This document shows, in pieces, positions 31,649 to 41,528 of a stretch of 64,000 bases of DNA. The notes under the pieces are model-generated. The model saw nothing but the letters and a program-made list of their open reading frames with translations. It made no database searches and was not told the origin of the DNA. The translations under genes and the position numbers were made by a program. Position 1 is the first letter of the stretch. Each line of letters opens with the position of its first letter. Source of the DNA: Candidatus Freyarchaeum deiterrae (GTDB taxonomy: Archaea; Asgardarchaeota; Jordiarchaeia; Jordiarchaeales; Jordiarchaeaceae); assembly GCA_037305845.1 (NCBI GenBank), contig CP147778.1, forward strand, positions 2,656,001-2,720,000. Reading direction: 5' to 3'.

Positions 31649-33971
31649 TTTTCTCCCTCCTTTGTGAAGCTGCAATATAATCTGCCAAAATTTCTATGGC
31701 TTTGATTTTCAAGTATTCTCTTAAGCGTTCATCCGCGCTTTGTAATCTTTCCGAAAGTTTATCCAACGCGTCCAATAACGAATTCAACCCTTTCTTTCCT
31801 TCTTCTTCCAGAAACGCCTTCTTATCTCTATAAACCTTTTTTTGCTCGATTGAATCCTTCATAGGCTTTTCGAGGACATGAAAATTACCTATCGTTTTCT
31901 TTATTTCTTCAATAGTCTTCTTTGCATTAGTTCTTAGCCATCGCGATATGGCTGTCCATCTAGGATTAGTAAACTCTTTTTTGTTTATATTTTCCTTTAA
32001 ATACAATTTCCAGCTTTCCTCAAAAGATCTTACTGCATCTTCCCTTTTGGTGCTACGCATATGTTCTGGCAGAAGAATTCTTACAGTTACTCCTTTATTT
32101 TTGCTGTAAATAGGATGATTAAAGGCTATTCGCCCAAAGCCTTCATCCTTTCTCAGGCCTATGCCCTCTCTTTCTAATTCCATTAGGAGGTTCAGTAACT
32201 CATCGTTATTGTTTGAATTTTTTATTTTGAAACCGATGCTTGACCCCGCAGCGATTCCGGCATCTCTCCATTTTGGCAGGCCTAAGAAAGTATTGAAACC
32301 ATCTATATTCTTCGACTTATTGTAGGTATTAATTTCTTCTACATCTACACCAAGCAACTTTTTCAACAATTCTTCATCTAGTGCGGTAAGAAATCTTCCC
32401 CAGTTATCTACTAAAATAGCATCTGTTATCAAGGTCATTGTGAGAGGCTGTGTTAAATCTATTACTCGTTCCTTTAGGGGTTTTCCAATAAAGATGTTCT
32501 CCTGATTCTCTTCTGGTTGTAACCAGCCTTTTACCTTTCCATATCCGCGAGAGGATGCTTTTCCAATACGCAAATCAAAAGTAATGTTTTCATTATTCTC
32601 ATTTATCCCCATAAGATTAGCAAAGTTTGCCCAGTCCTTAATCTCTATGCAGCCATTGAAATATTGCCCGGATTCAATAGAGATGTAACTAAACAAATCT
32701 CCTTTAATTGTTCTCCCAGTTTCTGGGTCAATGGTAATATGCATTTCTTCTCTAAGCGCAACATCAATCGCTTTCGCTTTCTCATGAATTGGTAAAAATT
32801 TATTCAATGGTTCAAGGGGTACTTCAAACCCTTCTTCTACTTCTTTTTCTCCTTTTAAACATATTTCACAGCACTTGGGTTCGTCTATTTCAATGGCATA
32901 GCCTTTCACACCGTGTCCATCCTTGTCAAACTCCGGGGAAAGTTTGCAGGTCAAAAGGTCTTGTGGTGAGATTATTGATGGATGGACGTTATCCCCTATT
33001 TTCCATACGGGGTATAGAGGACTTACTTTAACTTCGCCTCTGCGAAAGAGTTTGATAAATTTTTCATAAACGTCTTCTTCGTTCAAATTCCAGTTCTTTG
33101 CTATTTTCCACGCTAGGGCACCAAGAAAGGTGTAACCCGATATATAGATATTAGTATAGTATCTGTTTCCCGACTCGCCCTTATTGGCTATAAGCAAAGG
33201 CTCTTTTGTGAGCAGAATTACCCTAAAACTTTTCTTATGGGTTTTCACTCCCCTAAGTTCGATTTTGGTGGCTTTTTCAGAGAAACCTAATTCCTTATTT
33301 TCTAACCATTTGGTTCTGAAATTTTTAAGAAAATAGTCTTCTATGAAAGTATCTTTTATTTTTTCTAAACCAGGAGTTACATCAGTAAGATGAATTTGAC
33401 AATGTCCTTTACCTCTTCTGCGTGATGAGCCTAAATTTCTTACCACCCTGAAAGCCGCTACAATAAATGATGCTTCTTCTAAAGTTTGCTTATCATTGTA
33501 TTCGTTACTTACTGTAAAAACAAAATTTACTTCCTTACCAGCCGTTTCTTCTCTAAATAGCTTTCTTGCTTCCGCTGTACGCGTTCTTGGACTTACTCTG
33601 TTACGCCAGACTATTTTTTCGGGAGTTACTATTTTTGGATCTTCTATCTTTGCAGAAGAAATGCGCCATCTTTTATCATATGCAGGTGTTCCCAGAATTC
33701 GGCAAACTGGACACATGAAGTTTATATCATCTGCAGCACAATAGGAAACTTTGGAGTTATTTCCTGATCGCTTGCACTTTCTATGTTGTTCCAGTAAAGA
33801 CAATTGCAGTAATTCCCACATCCCTTGTCGAAGGAGCCCACTGAGAGTTGTGCCTCTTATTACAGGAAAACCATCTTTATCTTTCAGGAGAGCGGAATCT
33901 ACATTTCCACTTCCATAACCCGCACCGACATGGTAATCTGATAAAAGATTTATTTTGAATGTAAGTTTCAT
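31641..33971 (-). CDS. csx10: Type III-D Cas7-Cas5(Csx10)-Cas11 fusion (776 aa)
   Basis: N-terminal Cas7 (YHVGAG, IRGTTLSGLLR, LGSSRRRGKG), central Csx10/Cas5 (IGKASSRGYG, GIGLRKDEGFGRI) and a ~140-aa helical tail interpreted as Cas11. Confidence 0.85.
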   Translation of the reverse strand: MKLTFKINLLSDYHVGAGYGSGNVDSALLKDKDGFPVIRGTTLSGLLRQGMWELLQLSLLEQHRKCKRSGNNSKVSYCAADDINFMCPVCRILGTPAYDKRWRISSAKIEDPKIVTPEKIVWRNRVSPRTRTAEARKLFREETAGKEVNFVFTVSNEYNDKQTLEEASFIVAAFRVVRNLGSSRRRGKGHCQIHLTDVTPGLEKIKDTFIEDYFLKNFRTKWLENKELGFSEKATKIELRGVKTHKKSFRVILLTKEPLLIANKGESGNRYYTNIYISGYTFLGALAWKIAKNWNLNEEDVYEKFIKLFRRGEVKVSPLYPVWKIGDNVHPSIISPQDLLTCKLSPEFDKDGHGVKGYAIEIDEPKCCEICLKGEKEVEEGFEVPLEPLNKFLPIHEKAKAIDVALREEMHITIDPETGRTIKGDLFSYISIESGQYFNGCIEIKDWANFANLMGINENNENITFDLRIGKASSRGYGKVKGWLQPEENQENIFIGKPLKERVIDLTQPLTMTLITDAILVDNWGRFLTALDEELLKKLLGVDVEEINTYNKSKNIDGFNTFLGLPKWRDAGIAAGSSIGFKIKNSNNNDELLNLLMELEREGIGLRKDEGFGRIAFNHPIYSKNKGVTVRILLPEHMRSTKREDAVRSFEESWKLYLKENINKKEFTNPRWTAISRWLRTNAKKTIEEIKKTIGNFHVLEKPMKDSIEQKKVYRDKKAFLEEEGKKGLNSLLDALDKLSERLQSADERLREYLKIKAIEILADYIAASQRREKND

Positions 33972-35494
33972 TTTTCCTCCTCCTCATATTCCGAAATATC
34001 CTTTTCAAGGTCATAAGCAAAATCCCAAGCACGTAGAAGGTCAGGTAGTTGATGGAAATACTTACCTTCAATCATCAACCAGTTACCTTCAGTTCCACGA
34101 TCCCCAAGTTCTACTAGCGCCTTATTTACAGTCTTTCTTAACTTCTCCTCCAATCTGTCTAAAATAGAGCTTCCTTCGGGTATCCATTCGTTTTTCATTT
34201 CAGCAAAATCTAATTTTTCTGCTCTTAGGAATAGAGTTTCTAATTGTGCTCTTCTCGTTCCGGGTAAGTTCTTCAGTTTATATCTATAATCTATCAATTT
34301 TTCGAGTTCTTTGACTGTATATGCTGTAAAACCTGCAACGAATCTTTTTTCTTCTTCTGGTGCTTTAACAACCTCACTTCCTGTAAGTACAGTAAAGGAG
34401 ACTGTTGAGGATTTTTCTTTTTTTGCCCTTTTCTTAGCCATTTTCAATAGTTCTTCTGCGATTCCATGAGCAGCCAAATAAGGAAACTTACCCTTACAAA
34501 TGACAACAGCTGCTGAAATTGTAGGTGAAAGTTTGGTTTGGAGCTGAATTTCGCTTAAGAATTCTTCCATATTTTTCTCAAATTCCTTAGAAAATCGTAG
34601 AGTGAAATCGAGTGCCCATCGGGCGGGAAGAAGAGCAAAAACATCATCACCACCAAGAATAAGAGGTAAAACCGGAATTAGGGTTGAACTTTTACCTGGT
34701 TTTTGCAGGAACCCATTTTGCTTTTCCAAGAGAATCTTCGTGGGGTTCGCTAATGATCTATGGATCACGTTATCTAAACCTTCAGATAGTTTTCCTAGTT
34801 GCTCAAAATTATTACTTGAATTGAAGATGGTACCCATATTATTACCATCTGCGACAATATAGGCGATATAGTTTCTTGGTTCTAATTCTGCTACTTCATC
34901 CGCATCCTTTCTTGGAAAATCGAGTTCTTGACGCTCCCCATTTTGTATATCCGTTAGAAATTGTCTGGGAAATCTCTTTTTAATATTTTCTCTTGCCTTT
35001 GCTTTCTTCTCACATACTTCACATAGATAATTTTCCTTTTCATCGGGAAATCTACTTTTATAATCAATCGCGATTCCTATACCACAAGATGCGCATATTG
35101 CTATGTATGGCATTTGTTCTACTGATATGGGAAGTTTATCTCTATGTTTCGCTCTTCTCAAATTTGTTTGTGCTTGCTTTATTGCATCTCGGTCGGACGT
35201 AATCTCTACTCGTTGTGCTATAGTTATTGTTCCGCCTAATTCTCTCCTGTAAAATTCAGATAGATATTCTCCAAATTCTTCTGCTTTTTCTTTTGAATCA
35301 AACAAAATTCTGAAGGACCCTCCATCAGAGATAATCTTCGTACCATTTAACTCTTGAATAAGTTGTGGAACTGCGTCCTTACAGAATTCTTCAAGCATTT
35401 GGCTGCCACCAGAGACTTCTCGCAATTTGGATGAACGAAATAGCAAATCCTGTATTTTGTCTGCTTCTGCAATAAAAAGATACTTATTACTCAT
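33968..35494 (-). CDS. cas10: Cas10, compact and HD-less, with intact cyclase palm
   Basis: KIQDLLFRSSKLREVSGGS, GGSF, CASC/CEVC zinc finger, ADGNNMG and LILGGDD. Confidence 0.95.
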   Translation of the reverse strand: MSNKYLFIAEADKIQDLLFRSSKLREVSGGSQMLEEFCKDAVPQLIQELNGTKIISDGGSFRILFDSKEKAEEFGEYLSEFYRRELGGTITIAQRVEITSDRDAIKQAQTNLRRAKHRDKLPISVEQMPYIAICASCGIGIAIDYKSRFPDEKENYLCEVCEKKAKARENIKKRFPRQFLTDIQNGERQELDFPRKDADEVAELEPRNYIAYIVADGNNMGTIFNSSNNFEQLGKLSEGLDNVIHRSLANPTKILLEKQNGFLQKPGKSSTLIPVLPLILGGDDVFALLPARWALDFTLRFSKEFEKNMEEFLSEIQLQTKLSPTISAAVVICKGKFPYLAAHGIAEELLKMAKKRAKKEKSSTVSFTVLTGSEVVKAPEEEKRFVAGFTAYTVKELEKLIDYRYKLKNLPGTRRAQLETLFLRAEKLDFAEMKNEWIPEGSSILDRLEEKLRKTVNKALVELGDRGTEGNWLMIEGKYFHQLPDLLRAWDFAYDLEKDISEYEEEEK

Positions 35495-37127
35495 TTCTAT
35501 CCACTCTCCGTTTCGGCAAGAAATCTATTCCACATAAATCGCATAATTCCTCCCAGCTCATTGCTTCAAATTTCCAATTAGTAGAAGCAGTTTTAACCCA
35601 GTTTTCTTTAAACTCTTTTAGATTTTTCTCGGCCATAATCACGGCCACATCAGCTATTTCCTTAGAGAAACTTAAACAAAAATGAATTGCCTTGTTTCTA
35701 AGGGTAAAAACATCATCAGGTAAGTTTAATCCTTCAAATTTTATGTTCTCCCAAAATTTATTAAGCTTAAGTGCATTCTCTGACCGATGAGCTTTAACCT
35801 CACCTGTCACTTGTCCATTAATCAGTATACAATAGTCAGGTTTTGATGATATCCATCTAAGTGACTTAATCAAATAAGGTGCACCTGAAAATTCAAGTAT
35901 TTTTCCATCTATTTTGGATAACAAATCTTGGTCTCTATTTTTCATATTTTCTCTATTGAAGATACTCTCATTCATCTCTATAACAAACTGGTTATTAACC
36001 CACAATCTGACCACTCTCGCCTTGAGTAAAAATTCATTCAAGCCAGTAGCACGAAGCAATGCTGAGCGAAAGTCCTCACCGTATTGGATAAGGCTCCTAA
36101 TTTTTGCAAGTTCATCATCAGCGTATACGAGAATCTCCTCGTCTTTAAGATAGATCGATTTCTCTATGTCCCTCAAGCCTTCTATGGAGTCAATACCACT
36201 TTTAAGATCATTTTTATCTGGCCAGATTTTACCTAACTTTTTCACAGCAGTTGGACAATGTTCATCTGATATTCTCTTACTCATTTCTTTAAAATTCCAA
36301 CTGCCTCTATAATCTCCATCAGCCCACAATCCATAAAAATTCAACCATTCCCAAAGAGAATTTATACTTTTTAACGTTTCATCGTCCAAAAAATTTTCAA
36401 TGCCTTCTTCATCTTTCAAAAAGTTTCTGATACTTTCTTTTATCTCCTCAACCAGTCCTTTAGCGCTCCAGAACGCAAACCTTTCATATAATTGCCTTAC
36501 TCTATCCCACTCACGAAGTTTAAAAAGTTCCATAGGATTTTTTAATTCACTAACTTTACAGGTATATCCATAAGGTTTTCCATACCTTTCACTGAATTCA
36601 TCATCTACATAACACACCGGGGTATTAGTATAAGCAGCAAAAAGATACGCGCCTGAAACCATGCTTTTCTTGGCACCCGTGATATCTATAACAACTCGTT
36701 TACCTTCATTAAGAAGTGGCAGAATATGCTTCCTCAGGTATTTAAAGACAGCTTGCGGCGTGTCTTTTACTGTTTCCCATGGACTTGGTGCAACCTCAGG
36801 TTTAACCTCAACTAAATTTTTATCTTTTAATTTATTTACGAGTTCTTTGTACTTATCTCCTCTTGCTGCCCCTCCAAGTTCACCATACCATTCGTTTAAA
36901 ATCAGGATAACCTCTTTTGGTTTATATGCACAAACAGAAATTAAGAGCGGTTCCCAAGAAAACCCTACCAATTGAACAAGAATTTCCGTAGGTTCAAGGG
37001 TTATTTTAGAGTGTTCTCTCCTATAATCTAATTCTTTGGGCAAAAGCCTTTGAATATATTCTTCCACATCCCATCGTTCAAACCAGTACTGTTCAGTTAA
37101 CTCCCTCAATTCATTATCATTCATCAT
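35487..37127 (-). CDS. CARF-HEPN ancillary ribonuclease (Csm6/Csx1-like, TIGR02710-like)
   Basis: LVGFSWEPLLIS and IDITGAKKSMVSG CARF motifs, helical middle, C-terminal RNKAIH (RxxxxH). Confidence 0.88.
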   Translation of the reverse strand: MMNDNELRELTEQYWFERWDVEEYIQRLLPKELDYRREHSKITLEPTEILVQLVGFSWEPLLISVCAYKPKEVILILNEWYGELGGAARGDKYKELVNKLKDKNLVEVKPEVAPSPWETVKDTPQAVFKYLRKHILPLLNEGKRVVIDITGAKKSMVSGAYLFAAYTNTPVCYVDDEFSERYGKPYGYTCKVSELKNPMELFKLREWDRVRQLYERFAFWSAKGLVEEIKESIRNFLKDEEGIENFLDDETLKSINSLWEWLNFYGLWADGDYRGSWNFKEMSKRISDEHCPTAVKKLGKIWPDKNDLKSGIDSIEGLRDIEKSIYLKDEEILVYADDELAKIRSLIQYGEDFRSALLRATGLNEFLLKARVVRLWVNNQFVIEMNESIFNRENMKNRDQDLLSKIDGKILEFSGAPYLIKSLRWISSKPDYCILINGQVTGEVKAHRSENALKLNKFWENIKFEGLNLPDDVFTLRNKAIHFCLSFSKEIADVAVIMAEKNLKEFKENWVKTASTNWKFEAMSWEELCDLCGIDFLPKRRVDRNE

Positions 37128-37140
37128 TCATCCTCCCTCA

Positions 37141-37422
37141 CTATCCTCTCCTAGAATCTTTTCCCCAGCCGTGAAGTATGGAGGCAGATCCAATAAATCG
37201 AATTAAATCTTCTCCTGCAATCTTTTCCCACACTTCCTCAGAAGGCTTCCCTCTCATCATAAGCTCCTTTACCATAGCAACCATTATTCCCGCTATGAGA
37301 ATCAAATGATCGTAAAGGCTTACTTTTGAAATTCTAGTGTCAGCAAGCACACAGCCTCTATTTTTTAAATCATTTATGAGTTTGTTAATTTTGGAAAAAA
37401 TTTGGTATATTGTTTCGCTCAT
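37141..37422 (-). pseudogene. Truncated Cas10-type HD-nuclease domain
   Basis: LADTR...SLYDHL and ASILHGWGK (compare AALLHDIGK; HD changed to HG); ends after 93 aa. Confidence 0.7.
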
Positions 37423-37782
37423 TTTTTTAGTCCTCGCACAGCTTTTATTTCCCTTCCCTATATGGCTTTTTTACGGGGATAAGTGTGTTATACCTCTTTT
37501 AGGGCATGAGGCTCGACTTGCATTTAGAATATATTTTTATTTTGTCATTCACCCTTATAAAGTTAGATGTTTTATGGAAGCTGTGGGATGATTACAGATT
37601 TCATCGAGTCCCCAAAATCGACACCTGTTCCAAATGTAAACGTTTAGTCCGTCAGAAAAAATCTACATAATAGGATATATTAAGCTATTTCGAACAGTGT
37701 TCAAAAAATTTCAATTTTTTCGAACTTGGGTAACACGGTCCACTTTTGTGGGAGTTTGAATTAAAGGGATGGGAAAGAAGCT

Positions 37783-38457
37783 GTGAGGATTATTGACTAC
37801 AAGTCTGTTCTTGGAAGAAGGAAAACGCGGTCTATTTTAGAGGTGGTGGCTCGTGCAGGTGGGGAGATCAGGTTTAGTGAGCTTTGTCGGGCTGCTGATA
37901 TTTCCAAGTCTACTCTTGACTACAACTTGACTATTCTTGCTAGTAACGGGATTATTACGCGTGATAGAGGCTTGATTAGGCTGGAGTATAAGACTCCTCT
38001 GTGTTACATTTTTGATTCTCCAAGGACAAGGGCTTCTTACGCTTATCTCGGTCTTTTGGGTGAGAGGAGTGGCAGGAGCGAGTCTGAAACTGAGACTGCT
38101 ATCAACCTGCTTGGAGAGGAGGGCTTCGTGTTCAGTAGGGTGGCGGTTGTTACCACGCACAGGTGTGCTGCGGAGTGGGAAGGAGTGGCTCCGGGCAGTG
38201 TTGACTGGTTTCTGTTAAAGGACGAAGAGATAAGTTTGGTGGAAGTTATAGAGGCGAGGGTTGAAGCGAGTCTCTCTGATTTGTTGAGGAACTATGTTTT
38301 GATAATGGACTGCACTTCTGCTACTAAGCCCGCGACCATAGCCTACTATAGACTGGCGACGAGGCATAAAATTCCCTTGGTTTACGTTTATGAGAAGAAA
38401 AAAGAACTCACATGGATCATATCGAGGGAAGACCTACGTGGGGAATTGGTGGGATAA
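37783..38457 (+). CDS. wHTH-CARF transcriptional regulator (Csa3-like, reversed domain order)
   Basis: N-terminal RRKTRSILEV...FSELCRAADISKSTLDYNLTILASNGII (ArsR-type wHTH). C-terminal YLGLLG...IMDCTSATKPATIA...IPLVYV (CARF). Divergent from the cas operon. Confidence 0.85.
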   Translation: MRIIDYKSVLGRRKTRSILEVVARAGGEIRFSELCRAADISKSTLDYNLTILASNGIITRDRGLIRLEYKTPLCYIFDSPRTRASYAYLGLLGERSGRSESETETAINLLGEEGFVFSRVAVVTTHRCAAEWEGVAPGSVDWFLLKDEEISLVEVIEARVEASLSDLLRNYVLIMDCTSATKPATIAYYRLATRHKIPLVYVYEKKKELTWIISREDLRGELVG

Positions 38458-38604
38458 TTAGCAGGAGTTCGAATGCTGTTATGCTGGTTACGTATTGTCT
38501 GTCCTTTTCCTCCAATTGTTAAAGGCCGACTTTCCTGGTTCTCTGCCTCTGAGGTAATCTACTATTATGTCTGTGTCGACGCATACCGCATTTATAGTTT
38601 CCAT
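38458..38604 (-). pseudogene. vapC: VapC (PIN) toxin remnant
   Basis: METINAVCVDTDIIVDYLRGRE..., then a frameshift to YVTSITAFELLL, truncated against the end of the HTH-CARF gene. Confidence 0.75.
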
Positions 38605-38818
38605 TTTTCCACAGCCCATCCACATCTTTCATTATGTTGTCCATTTCCTCGTCCCATGCGCCGGTTAAGTCCTCGAGGGGTATTATCTTCTTCAGAACAG
38701 CTTCTCCCCCACCAGAAACTTCAATTGACATGTAATCACCCTCTTTTATTTCAAGCTCTTTGCGAACGCTTTCGGGTATTGTGATCTGGTAGTTTCTCGT
38801 GCCTTTCACCTTAGCCAA
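38519..38818 (-). CDS. AbrB/MazE/SpoVT-family antitoxin (VapB); C-terminus probably frameshift-extended
   Basis: KVKGTRNYQITIPESVRKELEIKEGD. One extra A in TGGAAAAATGG would end the protein as WKKWKL*, overlapping the vapC start. Confidence 0.85.
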   Translation of the reverse strand: MAKVKGTRNYQITIPESVRKELEIKEGDYMSIEVSGGGEAVLKKIIPLEDLTGAWDEEMDNIMKDVDGLWKNGNYKCGMRRHRHNSRLPQRQRTRKVGL

Positions 38819-39026
38819 GTGGCTTCCCCCTAAAATATTTTATTCCTAGTAAAATATTAAATTCTAATATAAAAAGAATTTCTAGCACTAGCACAACCAG
38901 CCGGGGAGGGTAGTGAGATTTTGTTCTCTTTCTATCTTATCCGTTTCCAAGAAGTATTTAAACGGTGGTATGAGGTTGTTTTATCTGTTGTTTTTTGGTG
39001 TTTCTGTGGGTTTAATTGAGGGGCGG

Positions 39027-39842
39027 TTAAGGGTTTTCGGGGATTGTTTGTTGTGGTGGTTTTGTTTTTTGGTGTTCTATTTTTTGGGTGGCTCCCATTC
39101 CGGTGGTTCTTTTGGCTCCGGTGTTGGCTGTGGTTGCGTACCGTGTGAGTATGTTTATCCAAGGTGCGTATTCATCTGTGCTGTTTAGGAGGTATTCCAG
39201 GGTTCCTGTGAATCCTGCGAGTTTTACCTGTTTTCCTATGTCTATCTCTCTGGTTTGTAGGCTGTATTTGCGTATGTAGACGTTTTTTTCTATCCAATCG
39301 TGTAGTTGCTGGGTGTCTACCTGTACTTGTGGTGGTGCGTTTTGGTTCCATAGTCGGGCTAGGTTTCCGTACACGTACCTTGGATCTGGGAATAGTAGGG
39401 GGAAGTCTCTTCCTATTATTGGGAGCTGGGTGGGTGAGTGGAACCTTATGGTTATTACGGGTTCTGGTTGGGCGGTTTTCACCAGTTCTTCGTGTGTTGT
39501 TCTCTTGAGTTCTATTCTTACGGGTGTGAAAAGGGTTTCTGCGAGTTTGATTTCCGGCCTGCCTTCTAGGATTTTTTGGAAGGCTTTTTCTCCTATGTTG
39601 TCTTGTAGAAAGCCGGCGTGGAATCTTACGTGTTCTCCGGGCTGTATCCACCAGAGGTTTTCGCGTATGTTTCTCTGGTGGGCTACGGGTGCGGCGGGTG
39701 TGACGCTGTAGGGTCTCTGCTGGTGGGGTTCGTGGAGTTTTTGGGCTAGATCGGGGTCGGCGTTTTTGATTAGGTTCAGTAGGGCTCCTCTTATGAGGTG
39801 TCCGGTAAAGGGGTTCACTCTTCCGGAGTCTGTGGCAACCAT
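39027..39842 (-). CDS. cas6: CRISPR endoribonuclease Cas6
   Basis: LAQKLH...RPYSVTP, IRFHSPT, LFPDP, GFTG and the C-terminal G-loop TGAKRTTGMG. The frame stays open upstream (TIDLWIE), so the start is uncertain. Confidence 0.93.
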   Translation of the reverse strand: MVATDSGRVNPFTGHLIRGALLNLIKNADPDLAQKLHEPHQQRPYSVTPAAPVAHQRNIRENLWWIQPGEHVRFHAGFLQDNIGEKAFQKILEGRPEIKLAETLFTPVRIELKRTTHEELVKTAQPEPVITIRFHSPTQLPIIGRDFPLLFPDPRYVYGNLARLWNQNAPPQVQVDTQQLHDWIEKNVYIRKYSLQTREIDIGKQVKLAGFTGTLEYLLNSTDEYAPWINILTRYATTANTGAKRTTGMGATQKIEHQKTKPPQQTIPENP

Positions 39843-40007
39843 TTCTATCCAGAGGTCTATCGTCTTCCTTCTCCCTCCATGATTTGTCTCATAAAAAATC
39901 AGTACTAAAATTATACCCCTCTTTTCTTTTATTTTCTTTGGTATTCTGTACTTGATTTACTTCTTATCTTTCCAATACCTTTTCTGCGTTTATCACATTG
40001 CATTGCG

Positions 40008-40672
40008 TCATATCATGACATGTTTTCTTCTCCTCTGGTCGATTATGGGAAGCCCCCTCTTGACTACTTTAGTTGCTCCCGATGCCTTTTCTTTTGTGGA
40101 TTCCAAGAGTTCCGCGGCACGATCACAGTACCGCCTATAAACGTTGAGGTCGCGTTGCATGGTTTCCAAGTCTGATTCCCTTAACTTCTGAGCTTCTCTC
40201 AGGGCGTTTGCGAGGTTTTCTACGGCTTCAAGGAGTTTTTCCGCACTCTTTGAACTTCTCGACGCTGCTTTCGCCTCAGCAAGATATTTCCGTACCTCAG
40301 CTTCAGCCTCCTGCTCCTTGAAAGTAATCGTGTAGAACGAACGGTAAAACGGAAGACAGAATCTGGCAGGGTTAAAAAAGTCGCCTCAATTGATGACTTT
40401 TCAAAAAATCCCAGAGCCTTTTCCAATTCTCTCCTGAAACCCTCTTCACTTTCCGCCTCAGTTGCCCTAAAAATAGACGCCCTGCCCAGAGAATGATTCG
40501 CAGACACCCTCACATCGCTGTCTTTGTCCCTTGTTAGTCTGTGTAGGTCTTCCCATGCTTGTTCCTTGTCTGGGAGGACTGCAAAATTGTCGCGGATTAG
40601 AATTGTTGCCTTTCTGCGTTCTTTGATTTTTCTGCTTTTGGTTTTTCTATGAATCTCGTCCTGACTTACCAA
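40008..40672 (-). pseudogene. HEAT-repeat protein relic (DKEQAWEDLHRLT type), frameshifted
   Basis: DKEQAWEDLHRLTRDKDSDVRVSANHSLG. After a frameshift in the A-run near 40377 it continues NPARFCLPFYRSFYTITF...LLEAVENLANAL...RGLPIID. Confidence 0.75.
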
Positions 40673-40818
40673 CCCTCTGCACCATTCATTCTAATAAAGT
40701 CTTAAACTTAATTTTTTCCACCATAGATTCGGCATTAGTTTAAGGAAAGGAATACTTGACTCGAAAATGGAAAAGAAGAAGCTCAAAAATGTAAACCTTT
40801 TAACTTTCTAAGTGGGAA

Positions 40819-41016
40819 CTACTTTTCCAGTAGCCCGTTTATGTTCCTCAACATTTTTACGACTTGTTTCCCCTTCTCCATCAAAGAGACTATGCGTCTT
40901 GGGAGATTCGTTAACCGCTCCTCATCCACCAGCCCCAGCTCTTTAAGTATGGGTATAGCGCGGTATTGGGCGGGTTGGCTGATGTAGCCCTTGTTCTCAT
41001 AGATAATCTCCCTCAT
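40819..41016 (-). CDS. Small winged-helix protein, possibly 5'-degraded
   Basis: (LLGIAERGEAN)MREI...YRAIPILKELGLVDEE...VSLMEKGKQV. Confidence 0.6.
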   Translation of the reverse strand: MREIIYENKGYISQPAQYRAIPILKELGLVDEERLTNLPRRIVSLMEKGKQVVKMLRNINGLLEK

Positions 41017-41528
41017 GTTCGCTTCTCCACGCTCCGCTATTCCTAATAGTGATTGGTGCGAATCATCTACTCAATTTGAGATTTTGGAAAAATATACAAA
41101 ACTATGTAATTTTTTGGGGAATTTTTACATATTTTTTACAACGACAGTTCCACAACGGATAACCCGCCCTCTTACACTGGAAAAAAGGAACCTCATAAAA
41201 CTCTAAAATGAAAACCAAAAAATAAAAAACCAGATAAATGGATAAAAACAGAAAAAACGCCAAAAGTAATGAAAAAAAGGCTTTAAAAACCTCCAAATCA
41301 AACAAAAACTCCCCAAAAAAACAGGCACACGCCTTTATAAAGGAAAACGTCACCAGAAAACCACTTGGATGCGGCGCAAAATCACCACAATAGTCTTTCT
41401 CACGCAATAACAAAAATCAAATCAAAAAAAATTGTAAAAACAGCGCCGCACCCACAAACAAACAAACAAACGTGTGAATCAAAAAATTGGTTATCCGAAA
41501 CCCAAAAAATGGAGGGAGGTGAACCCTT

